Shown here piece by piece: positions 21,219 to 30,127 of a stretch of 64,000 nucleotides of DNA; within the stretch, counting starts at the first letter, position 1, and each line of letters opens with the position of its first letter. The translations under genes were made by a program, and so were the position numbers. The stretch spans positions 8,911 through 72,910 of the forward strand of contig JALSHZ010000031.1 in NCBI GenBank assembly GCA_026981985.1. Reading direction: 5' to 3'. The notes under the pieces are model-generated. The model was not told the DNA's origin and made no database searches. It saw only the letters and a program-made list of their open reading frames with translations. Source of the stretch: Gammaproteobacteria bacterium. Its GTDB lineage: Bacteria > Pseudomonadota > Gammaproteobacteria > UWMA-0217.

Positions 21219-21340
21219 TATGATTTGTGGGAATGGCGGAAGGGTATCACGCTGTTGGAATTTGCCGCTATATGGTGGCGCGTGAATTCGGTTAAACTCA
21301 GCTGATCGTTTCTAGGAGTCATGCCGAGGTAGGGCGGTCG

Positions 21341-21547
21341 ATGTTTCTGAGCCAGGATGAACAGCTGAAGCAAGAACTGTTTGATTTGCGTCTGGAACAT
21401 GGCGGGCTGAATGAGCTGATCGACCGCATGATCGATGACCCGACGGTGGATCAGCTACAGTTGCGGCGGCTGAAAAAGCGCAAGCTCCAGCTCAAGGATG
21501 CGATCCGCAAGCTGGAAAGCAAACTGATTCCTGATATCGACGCCTGA
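21341..21547 (+). CDS. YdcH/DUF465-family small protein
   Basis: 68 aa. KKRKLQLKDAIRKLE matches the DUF465 signature. Confidence 0.75.
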   Translation: MFLSQDEQLKQELFDLRLEHGGLNELIDRMIDDPTVDQLQLRRLKKRKLQLKDAIRKLESKLIPDIDA

Positions 21548-21549
21548 CC

Positions 21550-22632
21550 TTGCCTTCCCTCTATGTTGTCATTTCCGCCCATGGTTATGGGCACTTGTCG
21601 CAGATCACGCCGGTCATCAACGGCCTGCATGCGCGTGTCGCTAATTTGCAGGTCACCGTCCAGACCGAGATTCCCCGCCCGTTGATCGAAAAAAGGCTCA
21701 GCTGCCCATTCGACCAAGTCGAACACACGGCGGATATCGGCATGCTGATGGCCGGGCCGACGGTGATTTGCTGGGAGGACAGCCTGCACGCCTATCAGGC
21801 ATTTCATCGTGACTGGGACGGGCAGATGCGTCAGCAACGCGCGATTTTCGACGCCCGGCGCCCTGATCTGCTGCTGACCGACATTCCTTATCTGCCGATT
21901 GTGGCGGCCCGCGAGAGCGGTATTCCTGCCGTGGCTTATAGCTCCTTGAATTGGGTGGACATCCTCGAGGTCAATAGCGCCATCGCGTCGCAGATGCGTC
22001 CGGAGCTGGCGATGATGCGGGATGCCTATCAGCAAGCGGCCTGCTTCATCCAACCCGAGCCGTCGATGCCGATGTCCTGGCTGGAAAACCGACGCCCGGT
22101 AGGGCCGGTGATGCTGGTAGGCGAGAATCGGCGCACAGATCTCGATGCGGATCTGGGGTTGGCGCAGGGTGACAAACTGGTGGTAGTGAGTCTGGGCGGC
22201 ATCCCGCTCGACAGCCCGCTGGCAAATTGGCCGCAGCTCCCCGGTGTGCACTGGATCATTGCCGACAGCCCGACAGTACAGCGAGGCGACATCCACCGAT
22301 GGGATGAAAGCCGCTATCGCTTCATCGATATGGTGGCATCGGCGGACCTTGTCATCACCAAACCCGGATATGGCATGTTCACCGAAATCGCCGCCGTCGG
22401 CGTGCCGACGCTGAATATTGCGCGTGCCGACTGGGGCGAGTCGGCCGTGCTCGAAGCGTGGCTGGGCCGGCATGTTGCACTGAAAACCGTGCCATTGGCG
22501 CAGTTGCTTGGTGGTGATGTCGCTGATGAGGTGTCGGCATTGCTGCAAGCGCAGCGTGGCATACCAGTCCCCCCTTCCGGCATCGATGAGGCCGTCGAAT
22601 TGCTGTTGCCCCTGCTGCCGGCAGCTAGCTAG
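21550..22632 (+). CDS. Putative GT-B glycosyltransferase (GT1/GT28-like)
   Basis: N-terminal VVISAHGYGHLSQITPV (GxGH motif of MGT/MurG-like transferases). 360 aa. Confidence 0.5.
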   Translation: MPSLYVVISAHGYGHLSQITPVINGLHARVANLQVTVQTEIPRPLIEKRLSCPFDQVEHTADIGMLMAGPTVICWEDSLHAYQAFHRDWDGQMRQQRAIFDARRPDLLLTDIPYLPIVAARESGIPAVAYSSLNWVDILEVNSAIASQMRPELAMMRDAYQQAACFIQPEPSMPMSWLENRRPVGPVMLVGENRRTDLDADLGLAQGDKLVVVSLGGIPLDSPLANWPQLPGVHWIIADSPTVQRGDIHRWDESRYRFIDMVASADLVITKPGYGMFTEIAAVGVPTLNIARADWGESAVLEAWLGRHVALKTVPLAQLLGGDVADEVSALLQAQRGIPVPPSGIDEAVELLLPLLPAAS

Positions 22633-22697
22633 CACGCCCCTCTCGTGGCATGATCCGCGTCACGGAAAACTAGCTGTCATCATCAGGAGACAACCCA

Positions 22698-23264
22698 ATG
22701 AAAATCAAATTCTGGCTGACCACGCTGATGCTGGGTCTGGCATCTACCGCTCAGGCGGCCGAGTTCGAGCTGGCGCTGAGCAAGGATACCGCCGCGATCG
22801 ACATTCTTGCTGACTCCGCCGCGCTCGGCAGCGGCGGTGCCGAGTTGAGTGTCGGTGCGCTCTACAACGATGCAGACGATCTCATCGGTCATGTCGGCCT
22901 GCTGGTGCGCGGTGTGCCTGCTGGTGAGCAACCGTTCAGCTTCGGTCTGGGCGGCAGGATCTACTTCGCCGCGCTGGACACGCCGGATGCCAGTGTCGGT
23001 GCGCTGGCGCTGGGCGCGGGCGCGCGCTATCTCATCCCAGGCAATATTCCGATGGCCGTGGGCGGCGACATCTATTTTGCTCCCGGCATTACCACCTTCA
23101 GTGATGGCGACGATCTGCTCGATTTGAAAATCCGGTTTGAAGCGGATGTGCTGCCCAATGCCACTGCATTTATTGGCTATCGCAATATCGTTGCCGGGCT
23201 GGAAAACGGCCCGGATTACGATATCGACGAAAACGTGCATCTCGGTATCCGGATATTGTTCTGA
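22698..23264 (+). CDS. YfaZ-like small outer-membrane beta-barrel protein
   Basis: Signal peptide. Gly-rich amphipathic strands. C-terminal F. 188 aa. Confidence 0.5.
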   Translation: MKIKFWLTTLMLGLASTAQAAEFELALSKDTAAIDILADSAALGSGGAELSVGALYNDADDLIGHVGLLVRGVPAGEQPFSFGLGGRIYFAALDTPDASVGALALGAGARYLIPGNIPMAVGGDIYFAPGITTFSDGDDLLDLKIRFEADVLPNATAFIGYRNIVAGLENGPDYDIDENVHLGIRILF

Positions 23265-23689
23265 TGGCTGATACAGACCGCCCCGAAGTCGCTGTTGGCC
23301 AGGTGCTCGTGCGCGAGTCGGGTGCACCCTATCGCAACGAGGTTTTCACCCATTCGCACGATATGATCGTTGATGAGCCGGTGCCAATGGGCGGGAACGA
23401 CGAAGGCCCGCGCCCGACGGAACTGCTACTGTCGGCGCTCGGCAGTTGCATCAGCATCACGTTGCGCATGTATGCCGAACACAAGGGTATCGACGCCGGC
23501 CCGATTTCGGTGGCCGTCAGCCGAGACAAGAGCCAACCCACCAAAATTGCGGTAGATATCCAGGTCGAAGGGGATCTCGACGAAGCGCAGCTCAAGCGCA
23601 TGCGCGCCATTGCCGGAAAATGCCCGGTACACAAGCTGCTGACCTCGGATCTGGAGATCACCCGTACACTGGAACTCAAGGAGAGCTGA
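23264..23689 (+). CDS. OsmC/Ohr-family peroxiredoxin-like protein
   Basis: 141 aa. Conserved GSCISIT and AGKCPVHKLL cysteines. Start codon overlaps the yfaZ stop (TGATG). Confidence 0.8.
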   Translation: MADTDRPEVAVGQVLVRESGAPYRNEVFTHSHDMIVDEPVPMGGNDEGPRPTELLLSALGSCISITLRMYAEHKGIDAGPISVAVSRDKSQPTKIAVDIQVEGDLDEAQLKRMRAIAGKCPVHKLLTSDLEITRTLELKES

Positions 23690-23692
23690 ATC

Positions 23693-24271
23693 ATGGCAAG
23701 AACACCCTCCATCATGCTGGAATTGGGCACTCAGGCCCCCGACTTTTCGTTACCTGAACCCGCGACCGGCAACATTGTCAGCCTCAGTGATTTTGCTGGT
23801 GAACCGGTTCTGGTGGCGTTTATCTGCAACCACTGTCCTTACGTGATCCGCATTCTCGATGGCTTTATCGACTTTGCACGAGAGTATCAGGACAAGGGCT
23901 TGAAGGTGGTCGCGATCAATGCCAACGACGTCGAAAACTACCCCGACGACAGCCCGGAAAAAATGGCTCAACTGGTGCGGGAAAAGAATATCCCTTTCCC
24001 CTATCTTTTCGATGAAAGTCAGGATGTCGCCAAAGCTTATCAGGCCGCCTGTACCCCCGACTTTTTCATGTTCGACCGCGACGGCAAACTCGTCTACCGC
24101 GGTCAATTCGACGCCGCACGACCACGCAACAACGAGCCGGTGACAGGCGCCGACATGCGCCGCGCCGCCGATGCGGTGCTGGCGGGGGAAGTGCCCGATC
24201 CGGAGCAGCAGCTACCAAGCCTGGGATGTAATATCAAATGGAAGTCGGGCAACGAACCTGAGTTCTCCTGA
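23693..24271 (+). CDS. Thioredoxin-fold thiol-disulfide oxidoreductase (redoxin/AhpC-TSA family)
   Basis: Active site CNHCP in the VLVAFICNHCPYV context. 192 aa. Confidence 0.75.
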   Translation: MARTPSIMLELGTQAPDFSLPEPATGNIVSLSDFAGEPVLVAFICNHCPYVIRILDGFIDFAREYQDKGLKVVAINANDVENYPDDSPEKMAQLVREKNIPFPYLFDESQDVAKAYQAACTPDFFMFDRDGKLVYRGQFDAARPRNNEPVTGADMRRAADAVLAGEVPDPEQQLPSLGCNIKWKSGNEPEFS

Positions 24272-24333
24272 ACCCAATCGCCCCTACTTGGCGCAAAACG
24301 GGGGCAATCATCTGAGCAGTTACACCCAGAAAC

Positions 24334-25992
24334 TTGGGCATTGAGATGATGATACGTCTGCTGGTGATTTTCCTCTTGCTGGGGCTTTCTGGCTGCGCGC
24401 ATTTTCGCGTCAACGAGCCATTGCCTCAGTATATTGTGCGTGATGAACCGGTGCGGCCCGATCGTGCCGATGACCTGCTCGTGGTGCTGTCGTTTTCCGG
24501 TGGCGGCAGTCGGGCGTCGGCGCTTTCTTATGGTGTGTTGCAAGCGCTGGCGGCGTCGCGTATCGAATGGAATGGTCGTCAACGACGTTTGCTTGATGAA
24601 GTCGATATTGTCTTCGGCGTCTCCGGTGGCAGTTTCACCGCCGCCTATTTCGCGCTGTTTGGCGACCGCATCTTCACAGAATTCGAGCCGGGTTTTTTGC
24701 GCCGCGATGTTGATGGCACCCTGGTCAAGCGGCTGTTCAATCCCATCAACTGGTTCCGCCTGGCAACGCCGTATTTCAATCGCAGTGAAATGGCCGAAGC
24801 CTACTATGATGAGATTCTTGTAACTATTCAGCATTCGCTGAAGTAGAACCGTAACTGCTCAGATTGCCGCTGGAATGCGTCAGATCAAGGCGGGAAATGT
24901 GAGTTTACGACCCACAGGGAAGTGGGGAGTGCAGGCAATGCATGGAGCAATTGCCTGCCGAGTGTAAATGATCATTTCCCAAAGCTTCCGCATCCTGCTC
25001 ACGCCCCTCACCTACATCCATGTAGGCGACACAGAGATGGCGCATTCCAGTGGTGAGCTGAGTAGTTACAGATTCTTTTTCATGGCGCGACCTTTGGTGA
25101 TATCGACCCGCGGCGGGCGCCAGCGCTGCTGGTCAATGCGACCGATGTAACGCTGGGCGATGGGTTCAGCTTTGACCAGACCCATTTCGACCTGATTTGT
25201 TCACGGCTCGATACCTACCCGGTGTCACGTGCTGTCACTGCATCATCCGCGGTGCCCGGTATTTTCTCCGCCATTACCATCGCCAACTATGCGGGCAGTT
25301 GTGGCTACGAGGTGCCGAGCTGGGTGCGGGATGTCTTGAAAGCGCCGAGTCGTGCCGATGGCCGGCTCTATCTGGCGCGAAAGATTGCAGCCTACGCCGA
25401 TCGGGAAAAACGCCCCTATATCCATCTGCTCGATGGTGGCCTGGCCGACAACCTGGGACTCCGTGCGTTGATCGATCGAGTGAAGCTGCATCACCGTACG
25501 CCGGATGGCTCGGTGCGTCATGTACTGCTGAATAGTGGTCTGAAAAAAATTCTGGTGGTTATCGTCAATGCCGCAGCGGCACCCGATACCCGGCTGAATC
25601 TGCTTGACTATCCGCCATCCATTGCTACCACGGTAGATATTGCCACCACCGTGCAGGTCAATCGCTACAACAATGAAACATTGCGTGTGTTTCGGGAAAA
25701 TCTCGAAGAGTGGCAGCAGTCGATCCGCCTGCTGCGATGCGGTGGCGAACATTGTGACGAGGAACCGGAGTTCTTTCTGGTGGATGCCAGTCTGATGCGC
25801 ATCGACGATCAGGCAGAGCGCAACTATCTCCAGACACTGCCGACCTCGTTTTCGCTGGACGATCAGGCGATCGATCGTTTGATTGCCGCGGGGCGACTGT
25901 TGCTACAGGAGTCCAGCGAGATGCAGCGTTTCCTGTCGGGGGTTCGGCCTGCTGCGATGGCTGCACAGGAATCAGCGCCGGCTGTACGGTGA
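24334..25992 (+). pseudogene. Patatin-like phospholipase gene interrupted by a MITE
   Basis: N-terminal fragment with GGGSRA and GVSGGS. C-terminal fragment with the DGGLADNLG catalytic Asp. Removing the element plus one TSD restores a continuous frame ...YYDEIL|FHGATFGDIDPRRAPALLVNATD.... The element carries an in-frame TAG at 24844-24846. Confidence 0.85.
24820..25069 (+). mobile_element. MITE family 1, long form (250 bp), inserted into the patatin gene
   Basis: TIR gtaactattcag / ctgagtagttac. 8-bp TSD agattctt at 24812-24819 and 25070-25077. The insertion is 258 bp, a multiple of 3. Confidence 0.9.
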
Positions 25993-26012
25993 GCTGGTTG
26001 GGAAATCACTGT

Positions 26013-26235
26013 AACTCAAGTTTCGGAGTTCAGATTTGCACATCAGCCAGTTTTCCCCCCTTTCGCAAAGGGGGGTAGGGGGGATTGGAACGTCCATGGG
26101 TTCGCAGCAAGTCCCTGAAAATCCCCCTCAATCCCCCTTTGCGAAAGGGGGAAGCTGTCAGGCGCGGTAGTCGTGTTGTTATGGATAGCGCTGGCCTCAA
26201 CCGTGATGAACTCCAAAACTTGATATTGAAACAAC
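26013..26235 (+). mobile_element. MITE-like element, family 2 (about 223 bp, diverged right end)
   Basis: Left TIR aactcaagtttcggagttca. Right end tgaactccaaaacttgat. Internal ccctttcgcaaagggggg palindromes. Confidence 0.65.
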
Positions 26236-26253
26236 GGTTGTCGCTGATCCGAT

Positions 26254-29200
26254 TTAGCCGCCGCTCACGCCGTTTGCGATTTCTGTCAGCGCTTGCCACA
26301 TCTCGGGATTATCGATTTTCAACTGCTGTAGCGCAGGTGTGTCGAGCAGTGCATCAATTTTTTCCGACAGTGATTCCGGCTCATGCTGAAGTGCTTTGGC
26401 TTGCCATGCTTCGAAGAGCAGGGCGAGGCGCGTGTGTCGGCTGATGATTGCGGCAGGTTGCCAGCTTTGTTCCTTGAAAGCTTGCAGCGTTTTGTTGCAC
26501 TGCTTGCGCAGGCGCTGAGCAGATTTGCTGTCGACATATTGTGGGTGACTAAGGCCCAGGCTGAGATAGTTGATCAGTGTGCGATAGATGACGGGGCCGA
26601 TGGGGTCATCCGTTTCCTCTGCCCACGCCGTGGCGGCTTGCAGTGATTGATCCATTGCCGCAGCCATTTGTGCATACTGCCCCGCTGCCTCGTGACTGAC
26701 GGCAATATGCTGGTAATCCTTGGCGAGCAGGGAAAGGCGTGTGGACTCTTTCCAGGCGAGTGTTTCACTTTGCCCGGCGAGGCTTTGCAGTAGCTGCGTT
26801 CGCTGTGCGCGGTAGTGGATGCGATCGCCGGGGGTCGTGCTGAGGGTGGCGAGAAATCCCGAGGCGAGCAGTTTGAAGCGCGTCGGTGTAAAAGGAATGA
26901 GGCGGTTGTGATCGGCGGGCAGGGGTTTGAGTTTGTTTGCGATGGCCAACACGGCTTCGAATTGTTGTTTGGCGGTTTCCCGTATTCCGATTTTCATCAA
27001 GGCATAGCCGTAGCCGAGCAAAGCCTTGGCGCGATTTTCGTCGCCAAGCTGCGCCGTGGTGAGCAGTTTTCCCCAGGACTGTATGGCTTGCGGATAGTCT
27101 TCCGCCTGTAACGCATAAAATGCATATTTTTCCAGGAAAGGGGTACGGTCGAGCTGGCTGCTGGTGGTTGCCAGGCTGAGTGCCTTGGCCGCTTGTTGTT
27201 GTGCCTCTTGCGGTTGGTTGTTTGCAAAAAGCGCGCGAGCAAAAGCCAGTCGGGTGCGGGCTTCATCTTCGCCGTTAGGAAAGGGTAGTGCCAACCGCCG
27301 GGCGAAAAAATCGACTGCCAGCGCCTGGTTGCGCACCTCACTATGCAGCCAGGCAAGGTTTTCCCATACCGATGCGGTGATGCGGCTGTTGTCCCGGCCC
27401 AGATCCAGCGCCATGATGTAGTGATAATGGGCTTTTTGAAAGGCGCGCTTGTCGTAGCGGTAGCCGTGCTTTGAAAGCCGTAGCAGTTGGTGGTGGATAT
27501 ATCCCATCAGCAGGTCGCGTACCGCAGGACTCAGACCACGATTGTTCATGGGTTCCAACAGTGCAAGCGCCTTTTTCAGCGTTGTTTTCATCGCCTCCGG
27601 ACGGCTGCTATCAGCATCCAGAATCAGTTTTAGCGCCTCGGCGTAGTTCGCGTGTTGACCCAGCAGGTTCTGCTTTTTCAGGATGGCATAGGAACGTTCG
27701 AGGTTTTCGCGTTTATCGAGGCTGGGGCTTAGGCCAAGCGTGATGAACTGGTAGTGCGCTTCGAGGTCGTTGGTTTGGCGGATGGCGCTGTAGAAAACAG
27801 CATAGGCTTTGGCGGCGTTGCCTGCTGCGAGCATGCCATAGGCCTTGTCCATTGTAATGATGGCGTACTGTTCGGCGACATTGGCAAATTCCATCTCGGA
27901 AATGTTCGTGGTCAGCAGCCAATGGCGTGACAGCAATTCCATATATTGAAACTGCTCCGCTGCGCCCAGGTTCTGAATGGCGCGGACATGCATTGCCTTG
28001 CGCAGCAGCAGATCATCACGGTTATTTTTCAGTAGCGTGTTCAGTGCTTGAAAGGCAGTATTTCTGCTCGCCTGATCGCTACTCAATACCAGCCGCAATG
28101 TCTGAATTTCGCTGCGGAACAATTGGGCAATTTCATTATGGTGGATATTGTCGAGTTGTCGTTCGATGGTATCGATGCGAGTGCTGATGTTTTTTTCGGT
28201 TCGGCTCAACAATTTCAGGTAGTTGAATCCGTAGTAGATCCTGGCTTCGGCTGGCAAGCTGGCTGAGTCGAACATCAGTGGGTAGATGCCCAGCAGTTTT
28301 TTGGGGTGCTGCGTCAGCAATTGTCGGTATAGCTCGAAGGCGATGACCCGTTCCAGCGGCAGTGCAGAAGCACGGCTGAGGTCGTAACGCTGCAAGCGTT
28401 GAAGTGCCTGCGGTTCGTCTTCCAGTTCAAAATCGAACCAGGCGTCGATCAACGTCGTCAGTGCTGCTGGCAGCTTGCTCGCGTGAATGTGTTGACGGGC
28501 TTTGTCGACGATACGCCGAAATCGCGCAGTGACGATGCCAACCGGCACTTTCTGTTTTGATGCACGCACCAGAAACAGCATATCGAGCGCCTCGTAGAAA
28601 TGCGCCGTCGCCTCATCGTTCTGTTGCCGATACAGCTGTTGCAACTGTTTCACGTAATAGCGTGCGGCGGTCAGTTCACCAATTTCCAGGTGGTTGCTCA
28701 GCAGGCGTTCCAGCATTTCGGTGTCGTTGCGGCCGAACCGGTAGCGCAGGGAATTGAGGAGCAGCAGTCGGGTTTCATGACTGCGGGCGCTGCGGTGCGC
28801 TTCGAGGAGCCGTTGCTGATCCCACTGTGGTGGCACGCTACCGGTCAGTGGCAGCCTGTAGATATCCAGCGAGCCTTCGAAAGCGCAGGTGAGATAGAGG
28901 TATCGTTTGCTCAGGTCTGGAAACTTGCAATTGCTCGAGACGGATGTGAGTTGCTCTGGCAGTAGTGGTTTTGTGCTGTGAAGCCACGTTGCAAACGGAA
29001 TGCGAAATGCCACGCTGTTATCGCTGCCGTCGATGACCTGATCGCCATTGGTGTCGTTCAGATATTGGTTGAAATAGAGATACTCAGCATCGCTTGTCAC
29101 TGTGGCGATCCCCGTGATGCCGGGAAGGTCGAATTTCGTCGGGGTGAGCATTTTCTGCTGCTGCCGATCCCAGGCCTGGAGGCGTACGACGCCGTCTGGC

Positions 29201-29775
29201 AATGCCTCGGTCAGCAGAATATAGCGCCCATCGGGGGTGGCAGCAGGCGCAGAGATCAGCCCATGATAGAGCGTGGTGGCCGTCCCGGTTGCAAGATCAT
29301 GCAACACCAGATTCCAGTCGATCTGCGCTGTATCACGGCTCAGATACCCAAGCAGATGATCATTGACCCAGAACGGCGATTTATCCAGGGTGGCGTTCGT
29401 GGTGATGCATTTCAGTGCCTTGTTTGCCAGCGTAAAAAGGCAGACATCGCCTTGTGCATCATTGCCGAAATAGGTGAAGGCGAGGGTGGTGCCGGCAGGG
29501 TTCAGGGCGGGCTCTTTGGCATCGCCGATCTTGCCGATCAGCAGAGTTGTTTCGTTGCGCTGCAAATCCTGTTGCAGAATATTCGGAATCTGGTTTTGAC
29601 TGTGGGTGAAATAAATCCGTTGGTCGTCATCGCCGATGCTGGCTTCGAAATTATCCCAGGGCCCAACCGTCAGTTTTTCCAGTGGCACGAGCCGGTTTTC
29701 CTGCCAATTCGTTTCAGCGGCTAAGGCAGTGGAAAAAAAGCAAAAGGCGATCAGGACACATATTCTCAGTAACAT
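26254..29775 (-). CDS. Large periplasmic protein: N-terminal TolB-like beta-propeller plus long TPR array
   Basis: 1173 aa. Signal peptide. WD40/TolB-like repeats in the first ~300 aa, then many TPR-like helical repeats. Start ATG overlaps the ynbE stop (TAATG). Confidence 0.6.
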   Translation of the reverse strand: MLLRICVLIAFCFFSTALAAETNWQENRLVPLEKLTVGPWDNFEASIGDDDQRIYFTHSQNQIPNILQQDLQRNETTLLIGKIGDAKEPALNPAGTTLAFTYFGNDAQGDVCLFTLANKALKCITTNATLDKSPFWVNDHLLGYLSRDTAQIDWNLVLHDLATGTATTLYHGLISAPAATPDGRYILLTEALPDGVVRLQAWDRQQQKMLTPTKFDLPGITGIATVTSDAEYLYFNQYLNDTNGDQVIDGSDNSVAFRIPFATWLHSTKPLLPEQLTSVSSNCKFPDLSKRYLYLTCAFEGSLDIYRLPLTGSVPPQWDQQRLLEAHRSARSHETRLLLLNSLRYRFGRNDTEMLERLLSNHLEIGELTAARYYVKQLQQLYRQQNDEATAHFYEALDMLFLVRASKQKVPVGIVTARFRRIVDKARQHIHASKLPAALTTLIDAWFDFELEDEPQALQRLQRYDLSRASALPLERVIAFELYRQLLTQHPKKLLGIYPLMFDSASLPAEARIYYGFNYLKLLSRTEKNISTRIDTIERQLDNIHHNEIAQLFRSEIQTLRLVLSSDQASRNTAFQALNTLLKNNRDDLLLRKAMHVRAIQNLGAAEQFQYMELLSRHWLLTTNISEMEFANVAEQYAIITMDKAYGMLAAGNAAKAYAVFYSAIRQTNDLEAHYQFITLGLSPSLDKRENLERSYAILKKQNLLGQHANYAEALKLILDADSSRPEAMKTTLKKALALLEPMNNRGLSPAVRDLLMGYIHHQLLRLSKHGYRYDKRAFQKAHYHYIMALDLGRDNSRITASVWENLAWLHSEVRNQALAVDFFARRLALPFPNGEDEARTRLAFARALFANNQPQEAQQQAAKALSLATTSSQLDRTPFLEKYAFYALQAEDYPQAIQSWGKLLTTAQLGDENRAKALLGYGYALMKIGIRETAKQQFEAVLAIANKLKPLPADHNRLIPFTPTRFKLLASGFLATLSTTPGDRIHYRAQRTQLLQSLAGQSETLAWKESTRLSLLAKDYQHIAVSHEAAGQYAQMAAAMDQSLQAATAWAEETDDPIGPVIYRTLINYLSLGLSHPQYVDSKSAQRLRKQCNKTLQAFKEQSWQPAAIISRHTRLALLFEAWQAKALQHEPESLSEKIDALLDTPALQQLKIDNPEMWQALTEIANGVSGG

Positions 29776-30095
29776 TACGGTGTCTCTTGCGCCGTGGGTT
29801 CGACATGGGCCGGGAATTCCCCATTCAGCACCCGGAAGGCGCGGTCACGACGTTTCGACGAAGGCTCCTTCGCCAGTGCTGTTGGCCCTTTCAGCGGTAC
29901 TTGCTGGCGAAACCGCTCGTCCAGTTTTGGCCATTCACCTGAGGCTTCGGCTTCCATGACAGTGTGACGGTCGATCAGGTAAACATCGGGAAGGCTGATG
30001 CAGCCTGGCAGACTGATGGTTGCCAGCAGGATCAGGCTCGCTGGCCATGTGCCGCTGCTATGCTGTTGCCCGTATCGCTTGTCTTGTCTGCGCAT
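29775..30095 (-). CDS. YnbE-like small lipoprotein
   Basis: Lipobox ISLPGC. Lies between the ydbH-like gene and the large TPR gene, in the position that ynbE occupies downstream of ydbH in E. coli. Start uncertain. Confidence 0.5.
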   Translation of the reverse strand: MRRQDKRYGQQHSSGTWPASLILLATISLPGCISLPDVYLIDRHTVMEAEASGEWPKLDERFRQQVPLKGPTALAKEPSSKRRDRAFRVLNGEFPAHVEPTAQETP

Positions 30096-30127
30096 TGTTG
30101 GTCTCCGGTTTTCGGCCTAAAGCGTCA

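Noticed and set aside
21451-22635. 394-aa ORF on the - strand
   Set aside because: Antisense to the glycosyltransferase gene. The + strand product has a convincing GxGH GT-B N-terminus.
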